A DNA stretch of 64,000 nucleotides from Daphnia carinata (taxonomy: Eukaryota). Both the position numbers and the translations under genes were made by a program. Shown one piece after another: positions 10,800-25,081 of the stretch. Under the pieces are notes generated by a model, which was given only the letters and a program-made list of their open reading frames with translations, ran no database searches and had not been told where the DNA came from. The stretch lies in NCBI RefSeq assembly GCF_022539665.2, contig NC_081333.1:2542001-2606000 (forward strand), read 5' to 3'. Each line of letters starts with the position of its first letter. The stretch's first letter is position 1.

Positions 10800-13595
10800 T
10801 TAACTACTCGAGGGTGTCCCATTCAAATTTTTTACAATGGCAGAGGCGGGCGATTGGAGGACTTTACGCGACAGTCTCATTCTGCCGCTGACAGGATCTC
10901 GGCCAAAGTATTTGATGGAAATTTCTTGTCCTACCTCAAGACCGAGGGCAGAGGGGTGAGCTACTTTCCGTACATCCAGCTGCGAATTGTGAAGAAGGGC
11001 AGGCACCATCGTTGGATAAAGGGTGACTAACACGCCCGTTTCCTTCATTTCGACGATGCGCGCTTTGTAAATGGCGCCGAATTCCAGTTCCGGTTCTTTC
11101 TCCTCTTTCAAGAATTGCTCTATCATCTCTTTGGCTTCTTCCATTGCTGACTGATTGGGTGCAAAGATCGAGTAGGTCGATTCGTCGATAGCAGTAATCT
11201 AAAGAAGGAAATAGATCACAAAATCTGTTAAATGCTTCATCATTTATTCCTTAAATATACGTTACCTGAACACCTGCTTCAGCGGTTAATTTCTTCAAAT
11301 TCGCACCGCCCAAGCCGATAAATTTTGCTCGTTTGTGGGCCTCTACTTGCAGTTTCTCGGAGACTGGCCAGATATCTTTCTTGTCTTTGCGCGGTTTGCT
11401 GATTGTCTGGGCCATGATGTCAAGAATATGAGACTTTGCGTCGCTAGCTTGTTGCACTGCCTCCATGATAATCTTTAATGGTACGCCAGGCAACTTGAAA
11501 TCGGCTTGCAGGGCAGTGATGCCCTTTTTGGAGCCGGCTAATTTGAAATCCATGTCTCCCAGGTAATCCTCAATGCCCTGTTGAATAATACATGGGATGA
11601 GGGTCATGAATGAGATAAGAACGTGCAGAATATATTTACCAGGAGATCTGTGAGGATGCGATAGTCCTCAATCTGTTGAGTTTCCGGGTTGGTCCGGCTG
11701 ATTAGTCCTATCGCCACGCCTGCTGCGGGTTGAGAAATGGGAACGCCTGCGTCCATTAAAGCTAGCGAACCTCCACAAACCGAGGCCATTGAAGATGAAC
11801 CTATGCGATTGCTCATCATCAATATTTTAGAAGAATAAAAGCGATCTATGTTGAAAACGAACCGTTCGATTCCAAGACCTCTGAAGTTAATCGGATGGTA
11901 AATGGATAGTCACTGGGCACAACAGGTCTCAAGCCTTTTTCTGCCAAGGCTCCATGGCCAAGCTCGCGACGACCGGCGTTACTACCCGGTCCAACTTTAC
12001 CCGTTTCGTTAGTGGCGTATGGCGGAAATTCATAGTGAAGAAAGAAATTTTTGGCTTTCAATCCGCTACAGATAAATTTGAGAAAATGTATTGATTATTA
12101 CGTGGCTTTATGTTAAACGAATGTGAACCTACCCCATAAGTATTGAAACTGGATCGGATTTTAAGGCTGATTCAGGAGAATCGAAAGCTACGGTGCAAAC
12201 AACTTGAGTTTGGCCACGTTGGAAGAGCGCCGATCCATGGAGAGGTCGATACAAATCGACATCGCATGAAATTTTACGAATATCGGTTAATTTTCTCCCG
12301 TCGCACCTTTTTGTACATGATTTAGAAAAATATGGTAAGTCTTTCAAACATTAAAAAGAGAAAAACTATCAACTGACCTGATTTCTTCGTCTAGAACGAG
12401 TTTTCGGAATAATTCTTTGAAAAATTTGTTAAACGATTCGCTTATGATCATAGCGTCCGTTTCGGGAAAGTTGGTCTTCAGTTTTTCCATGACATCATTC
12501 CGAACGGTGGAAATTGCAACGTCACGCGATATCTTATCATGACTAAAATCGCGTAGAATAGCACGTAATCGATTTTCGCTCATCAATTTAACTGCCGATA
12601 GTAACTCTTCTGAGCCAGACTGCAGGGTGACGTATTCTCTTTTGGGTTTTCCTGCTTCTTTCCGTAACGTTTCGACGGTTCTGGCTATGGTTTGGCATTC
12701 TTTGACTCCCATCTTTATGGCTTTCAGAAAGTCTTGCTGATAAACATTTTCAGCTGAGGCCTCTAGCATAACAACAAGGTTCTGAAGAGTAGCACTAACA
12801 ACCAAATTTAACTGGCTCTTGGCCATTTCTCTCCTTGTGGGATTGACAATTACTTCATTGTCTATAAGCCCTACCCGAACTGCTGCAACTGGGCCATTCC
12901 AAGGAATGTCAGAGACAGCAAGTGCTGCAGAGGCTGCATTGATGCTTAGTACCTCTGGATCATTGACTCCATCCACAGAAAGTAAATTGCAAACAACTTG
13001 AGTTTCATAAAAGTAACCTAGGCCAAAACATGAAATTCAGTTTTAAAAAAAACCTGTGTTTTTGTGAGATTACCACTAACCTTCCGGGAAAAGAGGTCTC
13101 AGAGATCTGTCAATCATGCGACTAGTAAGGATTTCTCTTTCCGAAGTTCCGAGTTCTCTTCTGAGAAAATTTGTGGGTATTCTGCCTGCTGCAGCTGCTT
13201 TTTGTCGGTAGTCTACTGTGAGGGGCAGGAATGATGCTGTTGGTGTGCTTTTGGCTTTACTTACAGCCGTCACCAAAACAGAGGTTTCTCCCAAGGAGGC
13301 AACTGCACTACCATCAGCGAATCGAGCCAATTTTCCCGATTGAAATTCGAGTTTCTTCCTAACAGGAACAACAAAAAAAAATAACATTTATACATCATTG
13401 CCTTTGCACACATCTGTGTCTCTGGAGAGCTATGTAGAAGTGTAGAATTTACCCTGAAGACAAAGTTGCATGGACAGTTGATTCATGTCTCGCGATACAG
13501 GTTGCACGCAACCGATCAAAACGTCCACTGCGATACTGAGTTCCAAAAAGATTTCGTGAATAGAGCCGGCTTCTACTCACGTGGACAACCGACAT
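10800..13595 (-). CDS. PNPT1: Polyribonucleotide nucleotidyltransferase 1, mitochondrial (PNPase), 769 aa. Exons 13595-13453, 13358-13081, 13017-12378, 12306-12133, 12065-11863, 11800-11640, 11577-11266, 11198-10800
   Basis: [113 protein letters not shown], plus KH and S1 domains. The Arg/Ser-rich N-terminus ([17 protein letters not shown]...) resembles a mitochondrial presequence. The exons sum to 2310 nt. Confidence 0.95.
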
Positions 13596-16500
13596 TTTCA
13601 AGTCGGAGTGTACTACGGGCTCATAACAAAGACCTTACCCACCCTAAACATCCTCTTCGCCGATTCCAAACCAATCGATTCGCAATTTTGCATTCATCCT
13701 CCGTTTGTAAACTTGTCATTCTTCCTCCTGATAATTAATGCTCTGCTTCAGAAAGTTTAAACCTTAACGGTATAGACGCTTAAGCAAAATGGCCAACCAT
13801 CTACGGATCTTGAATTCTTGAGAAAGCGTAACGATTTTGATCGTTTTCTCCTTTCCGTGAACGTTCGATATCATTAATCTAGTCTTCGTATGAAAAAGGG
13901 AACCTGCCAACAACAGCAGATCTTAATCTTTTTAAGCTGAAAACTGTTTTTTGTTTTTACCCAAACTTGATTTTTAGAGCTTCACATAAAAGCTAAGTAA
14001 GAGGGCATAGAAACCAGATTCAGGAGTGCCCTTATAAAGAGAAAATCCAAAGAAAAAAAAATAAAAACATTCGGGGAATGAACGGCTATTATATCAGGAC
14101 ATACGTATACTTGAGTCCACTAGCCGAAAACTCTTGCGTATCTTCAAAAAAAAATATTCTGGGAATAAAGCCTTTGCCGTCCTTCCGGCTTTATATTACA
14201 GCTGCACTATTTTATCTGTATAATTTATGGAAACTACTGTCCCATATTTTTCCTCAGCGAAGAGAGCATAAGCCCCCAAAAAGGAATAGCAATAAAACAG
14301 ACAAAAATAAGCGAAAAAAAAAATCTTTACCAATAATAAAATTTTTCTTTCAAGAATAAAAAAAAAAGCAAGTGGGAAACCCATTAACTGTCTGTTGGCC
14401 TTCGTCACCCTTGACGTGTCAAAGATGGCGCTAGGCCATAAGAAACAAATGCAAAAAAGACGAACTTCTTAGCTTTCCTTTGCACAAAATAACGCGACAA
14501 AAATTGGAGCCACCGTTCGTGTGAAACTGCACTCACGGACATTGGCCAGCAAGCATATCCATCAGCTCGTGACCTCCCATCAATCCCCCCTCTTTTTTCC
14601 TTACCACTTACGCGATTCGCCTAAAAATCCTTCAGTATAGTAGACGTGGAACAACATTAGAATGCACACAAGACCCTCTCTCGAGAAAGCGCTCCCGCAG
14701 TCACGGCACTTTCTTTCCTCCTTGTATGTATATATATATATATGTTTTGCTTCAATGATTTTATTCATATGCGGACCCTCTAGCTCATCGTGCTCTGCTC
14801 TATATTTACACAAACAATGTTGTCCGCGTCGTTGGATTGAGCAAACTCACAAAGTCCTTCCGCCCCTATATTCTTTTCCGCATGACAAAGCGCATTGAAA
14901 CGTTCGATGATAATGTCGGATTGCTACGTGCCAATTGGATGGTGTGATGTGTCGGCAAAATACTATATACAGAGGGGGATTGGGGAGACATAAATTTTCT
15001 TGCAATGTTCAACGATTTCGAGATCAAAGCCTGCGCCATAGCGCGGAATTCTATTTCTTTTTTTTTTAGCTCTATTTCGTTTTCGTACGATACATAGTAA
15101 GTAACGTTTAAACTGTCGGCCTTTGCTCTATCGACTGACCGCACCCACGGCGTACACCAATCAATAACGATGTGTATAGCGAACACATACTAACGCGCTG
15201 TGTAATAAACGCATCGGTTCGTTGCCAAGTGCATTTTTTTTTCATCGGCTTTTGGTAAACGATTACGAACATTCCTCGTGAAAATCGTTTTTCTCTTGTA
15301 TATATCTAACATCGAATACTTCGAATGCGCAGGCCTCAAATTAAGGGCGTTGTGTACGGGAGCTAAAAATGTCTTAATACAAAAAATCACGCAGGTATTT
15401 TTACACGAATTGAATTGTATAGTACCTTTCGTTTGTTATCCGCATTTCATTTTAGAGCAACATCGCCATATTTTTTTTAATATAAAAACTTTGGGAATTT
15501 AAGAAAAAGGGGGGGGGGGACCTCTAGCTCTATTTTTGTATACGACGCGGATGCGTGTGTAAGAGACAAGGCCGGTGTAAATAGAAAAGAATGAAAACGG
15601 AACGGAATATATTTATATATATATAAGACTGTGTGATGCTGCTGTGTAGAATGGAATGTCCAAGTGTTGAGCCAGAAAGCGACATCCGTTCAGCAAGCTC
15701 GCCCGCCTGACAACAACATCCTTCTTTCGCTAAACAACAATGAGAGATTTATATAGGATTCTTTTTCTTTTCGGGCGAAATCTATGCGTGCAAATGCTTA
15801 TATATAGCACCTAACGGTTTGATTCAAGAATATTACGGATGGTGGCGTACGTGTAGATTTTTTTTTTCAACCAGTGAGAAATACGAATAAAAATGATATT
15901 CATAGACAATGATGACAAAGTTTTTTGGCATTTGAGTTTCTTTTATATCCCTTCAAATCTTGTGATGTTAAAAAGAAAAATAAATAAATAAAATGATCCG
16001 CTCAATATCTTTCGTCACCGGCTTTTCGCGGCACATGTGCCATAAGGCTGCTATGCAAATCCGATTTAAAACAACAGAAAAAAAAGGATCACTATATAGC
16101 GGCAGAGTCTCAATATTTATAACTGCTTGTTCGCTTTTTTTTTGTTTTTTTTTGTTTTCCATCTTCTTGAATTTCAAACCCCAACACAATTTGACAACGA
16201 GTAATGACGTCACTTGGCTCACATGTGACATATAATTAGTGTCGCATTGTTCGTGATTTTCAAAATGGAAAAGAACATCGCCTTCAAGACGAGAAAATCA
16301 ATAAGCAGCTTAAACACAAAATGCAAAAGAAAAAATGTGTTTAAGTTGTATATCGATCCGTTTTTAAGAAAGGCACACAACCGCACTTCCGTTATAAGCA
16401 AACAAATTTGTCTTGTGTGTTTTCGCAATTTTTTTTTTAATACGCACGTGTAGACACAGCGTCTTTGTTGTACAACGTTTAGCTTTTGTTTGGCATAATG

Positions 16501-19500
16501 CGCACTCTCTTTTTTCTCTGGAGGATATCCCAACAGATCTAAAAAGACAATGACAGTTTTATGCAATTCCCTTTTCTTCATTTCTTTGTCCAATCGTATC
16601 AAGAACAAAAGACTTAAATACGTGAATTGACATCAGAAGTAAATATATACGATTTTTGTGGTTGTTCAATGTCAAAACACGGACCCATCAAGTTGATATG
16701 TTTCCGTTATGTGATGGACAGCTCTTCCGGATGTGATTACACGGCCCTCTCGTATTCACTGTCAAATCAACGTGTCCCCTGCGCCACTCATCCGCATTCC
16801 AGCAACAAAAAATGATGTCCATATAGTATTGACTTTATGCGACATTATATTCCACACGATGTGTCTTATTTTCTTTGGCGTCTATATCATATATAGGGGC
16901 TCTCTCCTATATAAACTTCTATATATATAGGACAATGGATATATACTTTCTCTTTACATTTCTTTGCAGAACGTGCCAGGACGACACATACAATAACTTA
17001 TTCAAAGACAACACGGCCTATACAGAAGTTGACGCTAATCAGGGATGGGATGCTGTACAATGTGTGGAGAGGAATTTAGTTGCTGATGCAGCCCAATTAT
17101 CGGGACAAACAACGTGTATCTGATAATCCGATGCCTTTCAATGTATTATCGACATTGATGAATCGAAAAGCTAAATACATTTGAAATATTTCACGAAAAC
17201 AACGGGCCTTTTTCTTTTCTAATTAAGTGTTGAACACGTTTATGTCCATGTTTTTTTATTGTTGTGCTCTATTCTGATATTCGTTTTCACACACACAGAC
17301 GCATCCAGTATTTGATTGATGGTTGCGGACGTCACGCGGGACGATCGTAAAAAAAAGATACACCCTCAACAATATATATAAAAAAAAAACAAATATAAGC
17401 CACATGTAGCCCTATACAACCGAAGAAAATAAAGAACAACTCATCAAACGACCTAACAGCTGACGATCTCGTTGCACACATATCTAGCGCAATACACCCA
17501 AAATTTCTATATGAAAGAAAATTAACTAAATAAATCTATTCTTCCATTTAAGTTTTGATTGCACCAAGGAAAATGAAAAAAAAAAACATTTGTTTTTCCG
17601 AAACGATTGCAATCGTTCAACAAGCGACCGCACGTATAGCCTTTGTATACAAGAATTGCGAAAAAGAAATCAGCTACTTTTGCTCGAAAAGAAAATATGT
17701 GTAATAATGGGCTCGCTCTCCATATCAGGCAATAGTCAGCAATAGAGTGATGTGACACACACAACAAAAAGAAAACACAAGAGCAACGCAAAGAGGGACC
17801 GTTGATTTAGAGGATAGCGTCCGACATAGTGATGACTTGCTGTGCCGGCCCTGAACGATCAATACTTTTACGCAGCGGACGCACGCAACCTCGGCTGGCC
17901 GCGCTTGACACCATGGCGCCCAACTTGACGATTGTTGATGCTGTTAAGGGTTTCGAGATGATTGAACGTCATTTATAAACGCCTCTATTTGTTTCCCAGA
18001 CGAAAATAACAAAATGGATTTGGATAAAGTTCTTTTTTTTTTTCTTATTTAAATCCTATGTACTCGTTGTTGATTGAAGCCCTTTCGTGATGTGTGGTGC
18101 GCCCTGATGGCACGCACGGCCAATTCGGAGGGTGGGAGCTCTTGATTTATAGAATGTGTAAATACACGTTTCGAAGTAGTATACGTGCAGCCTCGAATGT
18201 GATTAAGCTGTTCAACATATTTTTGTGAAGATTTTAAAGACAGATTAAGTGGAATTGCAACCTGCTGACGTCATCAAGTGCTCATATGGGAGGATAGAAG
18301 TGTTTACCGATCTATAGACTTAATCCTCTGGAAGGATTTCCACTGTTTTCTATAGTTGTGTATACGTCCAGTACATAATTAAGAAAAAAAAAAAGATTGT
18401 CCTTTTTACGTTTGGGTTCCATGGCCGTAAAAACAAAGTTGAAAGACATGGGCTGGGCGATCGATAAATTTCGATTCTCTGGGTCTACCGGAAATGAATA
18501 ATGGAGACGGCTAAAAAAGAGGAAAAAAAAAAAAGTAAAAAAGGGCAAACATGTGCGATGCTTTCAAGCTGTGTACACAAACATCTGCATTTTCCCTATA
18601 CAATAATGGATCGATCGACATTTTTAGCGACCATGATCGATAAATATCTATCACACATGCAAAGTTCTTACATAAACACATTCGAAAGCCAACGCGTATA
18701 GCCGCCTTTTTTTCGTATTTTATTTAAAGATTAAAAATCTGATTTTGGCAAAAGTGTGCGGGAAAAAAGTGTGCGGATTCTTTCACGAGGATTTCTTTAT
18801 ATCACACGTTGAAAAGGCTTGCCGTTCAAGTCACACACCAACAAAGAGAACGATAAAAATGTTATGTAGTTTACATACATAAAACAAATAAGAGACGGTT
18901 TTCGCACAGACATAGAACATTAGTAGCCTACAATCACGTGTGCGCTTATTGTAAAACATCTGTTCTTGTATCGTTTAATCTTCCGAATCCTTATATATCG
19001 ATGTATGTGCGTTAAATACGTAGAGTGGGATTCAACGAGGCTCCATTAGTCCCTACGTGACGACGATATCTAGACGAAGCACTCTGTCAGAGTCAGTTTT
19101 CATCTTTGATATTGTGCTCTTTTCAGCACGTATAAAAGAGTTGTCTAGCGACTATCTCTTTGATGGATGAGGAAGCGACATGAAATATTCACGTTTCAAA
19201 AAATTGACGAAGTCTGTTGTGCATTTGTGTTTAGATCCTGCTCGATCAATCATCTTGATAGACAATTTCAACGTGGCAAAATTTCCCCCTCTATTTTTAT
19301 TAGGCCCATTAAAAAAAATTAAAGTAGTCTAGATGATTGCTTTCACTAAGAGTCAGCCAGTTCGTATTATTTCAATTATTTAATTATTATTTTCGTATTA
19401 CAATCAAAAACTCATCGAGTTTTAATCTTCTTTCAACTTTTTTTTCTTTTTCTAGGTCACAAAATAAATAATGTAAATATTAAAATAGGAAAATCGATTT

Positions 19501-22500
19501 ATACGTAGGTATTAAGCTTGGCTGCACATGGGATCCCTTTTTTTTTCTATACAGTTACACAATAACCAATATATTCAAAGCACCGCCACGTTTTTATTGT
19601 TACGTATAAAATATTCTTTTATTTGCTCCTCCCCACAAGAAAGGATACAACAAAAGCCTTAAAGAAAAGTATATCTATACGTCTTTTTTTTTTAACAGCC
19701 ACACATAAGATCATTTTGCTTGTTATCTATTAATTATTACAAATCCACTCTTTCAAATACATACAGTATATATATATATTTACAAATCCAATTTACTATG
19801 CTATGTGTTATACACAAAGGCCACCATAAGGAAAGAAAAAAAAACGTATATACACAGCACGTCTGTTACTCTATTATGTATATATATAGTATGTTACTTA
19901 CGCAAAAAGGGTTCAATGGATGGATCGAGGATATCCGTGAGGCGCTCCAGTGGATGAGCCGGGCGTTTCCGACATTATCTAGGCATATACGTTAAAAGAG
20001 AAAAAGAAAAGGGAGATATAAATTATTGCTGAAAAAGGGAAGCTTACGATTTAGTTTGGAATATATATCAATAAAACTGTATTAGAGGAGAAAAGAATGA
20101 CGAGCTGTTTCTAGCACTGCAGATCATTCGGAGTTCATTTTTAATAGATTAAAAACGAAGAACTATAAATTGATGTGCTAATTATTGACAATGCCAAACA
20201 TTGGAAATAATTCTAATGGGCTGGCCAATACGTGCATTGTTTGCTGCCAAAGACAATGCATGAATGCTAAATCCATATCACAGCTGGTGGTCTTGGTATA
20301 TAGCCTTTTTTTTCCAACTTAAAATCAATAAAGACTCATCTATACAGGATGTCATCCCAAGATTTCGCTGATACTCTCATGTTGCATCATATTTCATAAA
20401 ACATATTAAACACAGACGTTGTCTAGGAAAATCGATAAACACCACCAGTTTTATTTATCATTTGGCTTAGATAGTAAAATATGAATTCTTCATTCAAAAC
20501 AAACTTGAAAACACATTTTTTTTTAAGTTGGGGGTTTGTTATTGCACCATTTAATCAAATATTTCACCTCCATTTCTCTTGCTATATACAAATCGTGTTT
20601 TACATGTAATTTGAATGTTTTTAGAAATTAAGACTATTTAGAGCGTGAAAATGATGGTTTGCAATCCCTCTAATCGGCGTGTTTGACAGTGATGACTGTA
20701 ATTAACTTAAGCGCTCTTGATCCTACGTACTCACTTCCGATTCTGTGCCGGAGAACGGGCCATTCCACGAACGACTTAGCAGTCGGTCTGTATGTGGAAC
20801 TGTCTATGTCTGCTTGCTGTCTCTCGCTTCCTGTGAATACACATGCAAAATACAGGTGTACACGCAATATCGTAACACCAGACAAGAGGCGGATCGAAGG
20901 AAGTGAAAAGGTACGCAATCAAGAGGATTTGGACGATGTTTAGGGTTTCTTCCTCCATCGGCACGCCAATACGTGTACACACTTTAAATGTTATACGTTC
21001 AAGGATTCACGATGGAAGAATGTTTCTCTTTAAAGTTCTTGATCGATTTGTTTTAATTCGATTAGCACATTTCCTTTTGAAATTGCAAATCGCCAAGGAA
21101 TTCTAAAGGCTTTGCAAAAATGGGGTTGCCAATATTTCTTTCAATAAAAACAGTTTCTTTTGCAATTCTAAAAAAAACAAATAGCAGAATTAACGATTGA
21201 GTTGAATTGAAGATGACTTTTTACATGATCACTAGATGTCTGTTTTTGTATACATCCTATTATATCCTAGCAATAAATTAAGAAAAACGAATATATTTTT
21301 ATTTTAGATTTCAGACGTATTTTCTTTCTCTTCACGACATGACTGATGCGCATTGGACTCTGGTGATAAACAATATCCTCGGCACACCCGCACGTCTGCC
21401 TGGGAAGAAAAAAAAATGGCCGTTTTGGCTCGGGAACAAACATTGTGAAAGCTCAGTCTGTTTGTTTGTTTCCCCCTGTTTTTTTTTTCTTTTTGTTGTT
21501 GTTGTGAACTTATATGCTTTGTTTTCCAATAATACGATGGCACATATACATAGCGGAACTGTGGCGTACACACAAAATCAAATGTTATGGTTCATATAAA
21601 CAAAATTTAACACGGGATAAAATCGTGATATCGATCGTGATTCCCCTTGTACACAATGTCCTTATAGCCGCAGCTTGTATAGTCATCTATAGCCTACTAC
21701 ATTTCGTATTAATATTTAAAAGAATCTTAAACGAGGGCAGCAAATAAAACGAGCGTGTGCTGTTCGATGTGGTGGACATCCTGGACCGCCGTTTGTCGAT
21801 ATTACAAATGTCCACTTTTCTATACGAATCGTGACACGCACCCCCTTCTTCTTTTTTTTTTAAATATAAAACGTCTCATTCACAATGACTCCACTATAAG
21901 CTTTTATACTCGGAGCTACTTCTCTTTCATCGCCATTGAAGGCAATTAAATCCAGTTACCGTGGCAACAAATATTAGAGCGGCAGATGATTGGATTTTGA
22001 CGAGCAAATTCAAGAGTCCAACTGTGCGTCATGATTGATATGACGGCCAATACGCTGTAAAACATAATCAAATACAATTAGGTCGTCAACGTAGAACGAC
22101 TATATGGCCGCTCGCTTATAAACATTTTCTTTCACCAAATTTTTAGAACATGATTTTCTGCGCGTACAGAGATAACGAACAATGGAAAGTAATGAAAAAA
22201 TCATGAGCGTTGCGTACGTTTTACTTTGTCGTACACGAACGTATGTGTGGATATGCAATTGACGTCATGATAGCCGTGAGAAATCAAAAATTTGAATATT
22301 TAAAAAGCCGATGTTTGAATGTTTGGGGGTGATGGATTTAAAGGGGAAAGAATGGTATGACGCAAATGGTAAAACTCGTATAATAAGACTTACAACAATA
22401 GATGTGTGTGAGCAGGCACGAATAAAATGCAAACATACCGCTTCATTATATGTGTAACGTCAAATCCATTCATAATCGTATACAAAAATTCAATGCGTCA

Positions 22501-25081
22501 CACAACAATTAAATGCAAAGCGGTCAACGTAAAGTGCATTTCAATCACGCAATGAACGACCCGATGTTGTTATCTCGAACGTTTGATTAGAGAGAGGGGA
22601 GTTTGTTATGCAGAGTACATCCAAGTGTGACACCCTATAATCTATACACTCTCATTTAATTCTTTATGGCACCCCTCTAATCTTTTGGCTGAATGACACT
22701 CGAGTTTGGGTACAACTCTTTTTTTTCATCTCAAAAATGGCTGCTATATGTACAACGTATATATCAAGGCTGTTTGATTGCTTCGAGACTCTCCTAGGTG
22801 ATCGATGATGTCTATACGATTGTGCACATCTATTGTATGTAAAAAGACTGGACGTCCAGGCGTCGGGTGTGTGCGATAGTAGCATACAACAGCATAGCCG
22901 AGAGAGAGAGAGAGTTAATCAACTTGTCGTATATAACAAGAGGACGGAGGCAATCGAATCTTCTTTTTTTTTATTCGAGTGGGGTTTGTCAGAAAAAAGG
23001 CAGCCATGTTGGAAGATGTTACTGTGAACAGAGGCACATGCATATAGTACAAGATAAAGCTTAGTAGATAGATAATAAAATCATACGGTTCTCTGGAAGC
23101 AAATACTCGAAAAAAAAAACATCGAAGAATTTTATTTGTTCTTGTATTGTACAGAGAGAAATAGAACACATTGTCTATATAGGCTATATATCGTTTGACT
23201 AACTCTGTGTGTTATATGACACGTCCTCGAAGTCCCAGACGTCCTTTGTGACACGCAATACATTCACTTTGTACGATAACTGACGCGATCTACAGACTCA
23301 TAGTTCGATGAAAGAGATTAAAGCCAATTCACAATAGTTTTTTTAAATTTTGATGTGCATTGCCTTTTGTTGCCTGCGGTGGTCTAGTTTTTGCCATTCG
23401 AAATCAGCAATTTCTGCTGTATGCGAATTGAGAGCCTCTGGCTATAATAAAATGTAAATTTAAGCAGACGACAATTTCCCTACGTAACGTAACAATTCTT
23501 TCATCGCAGGGATATTTCGCGAATAATGTCATCGTATCTTTTAATGTATCAATAAAAACCTAAAAAATGTGTGTGCACAATTTTTTTTCTTCATTTTTCG
23601 CAGAAACAAAAATGCGAAAGTCAACATTAATTAGCAAATGCAACGCCGCAGCCAAAAAGGAGGGGGGGGGTTAGAAAATAAATGGAACTGCTGTACGGAT
23701 GGACAGTTCTCAATTATCATCCGTCAAAAAAAAAGGGGTGGGTGGAAGAAACTCGTGATGCATTATGGCCGTACAAATGAGCGTGATGCCAGCTGGATGC
23801 TTATATGTGTGTAATGGAAGAGATGCTTGGCCCATCATTTTTCTCGGTCGCTCCACTTGCACTGCTGCACGCTTGATTTAACACAGTAAACGGATGCGCA
23901 ACCAACCACATATCACAGTATTTTCGCCGGTCTCATACTCATATATATTTTTTTAGAATAAATAATTTAGTAATATCGAAATACGTAAGAGAAAAAAAAA
24001 AATTGCTTTCCGGTGTTCTCATTTGAACTCAAACCGGCAACGCTGCTATTTTTGGCGCCCAGAATAAGCTTTCACTCTTGTTTCTCATCGTTTTTCACTT
24101 CGATATTGAATCAAAATGAAGCTGTTTCAGTTATTCTCCATTCATGTATGTATATCTTTTGAATACTCAAAACAAATTTCTGTAACTAAATATAAACTCC
24201 TCTTAATTTTTTTTCACTTTGGCTTGTATTGTTCTCTTCTTTGTGTCCACATTCTTTTCCCTCTCTTTTTTTTTACCACCTCGTTTTTGTCTTTAATGCT
24301 TCCCCCTCCCCCGAATAAGTTCCAAAAGTGTGTGCGTGCGCCATGTAGAGATGATGAAAGCCCGCCCACTCCTCCCACCCCCACGTCCTCCATAGCTAAA
24401 ACAGTCGACAGCCAGTCGCTGTGTGGCCTCCGTTGCGTGCAGCTGCTAACGCTATACGCTCCGTGCCGGGCTCCGTTTCACATCAAAATTTTTTTTTTGT
24501 TGTTGTTAAATCATTGAAATTAAAAAAAAAAGAAACTAAATGAGATAGGGGAACAATTTGCCAACGTAAATTTTAAACTTTTTTTTTGGTTGAATTGGCA
24601 TTGAGAACGGTTTTTTTTCTTTTTCATTTGGTGACCACGTGGTGCAACTAGACCAAAGAAAATCTTTGAATTGACTGCAAACGATAAGGTGGTTTTAATT
24701 CTAAAAAAAAAGACTGACGACACTCGTGCAATTTCAGAAGATTCTTTCTGCCATGGCCACAGGCTAAAGAGATTTTCAGAATCATTGGCAAAAAAAAGAA
24801 ACGCGTTTGATTGGAAATCTCGGACGGATAAATGCTTCATCCGGGATTCGATCGAAATCAAAAAGTGTCTGCAGCTAAACACGAAATTCATTTAACAATT
24901 TGATTGGGCGGATTTCCGTCCTGCACCAGTGCTGTTTTCTCTTGTGTCTGTGCCCCCTCGTGTGTGTGTGTGTATGTGTGCGTGTCTGAGTGAGAGTGTA
25001 ACTACAAACCACTCGTTTTTAAACCAAAACTCAAACAAAATAAAAAAAACAAAAGTATAATTTTGGAAAAAGAAGAACAAA

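Noticed and set aside
14078..24895. Numerous 60-130 aa ORFs rich in F/K/I/Y
   Set aside because: Translations of poly-A/poly-T and dinucleotide tracts, with no domain motifs or consistent splice phases.
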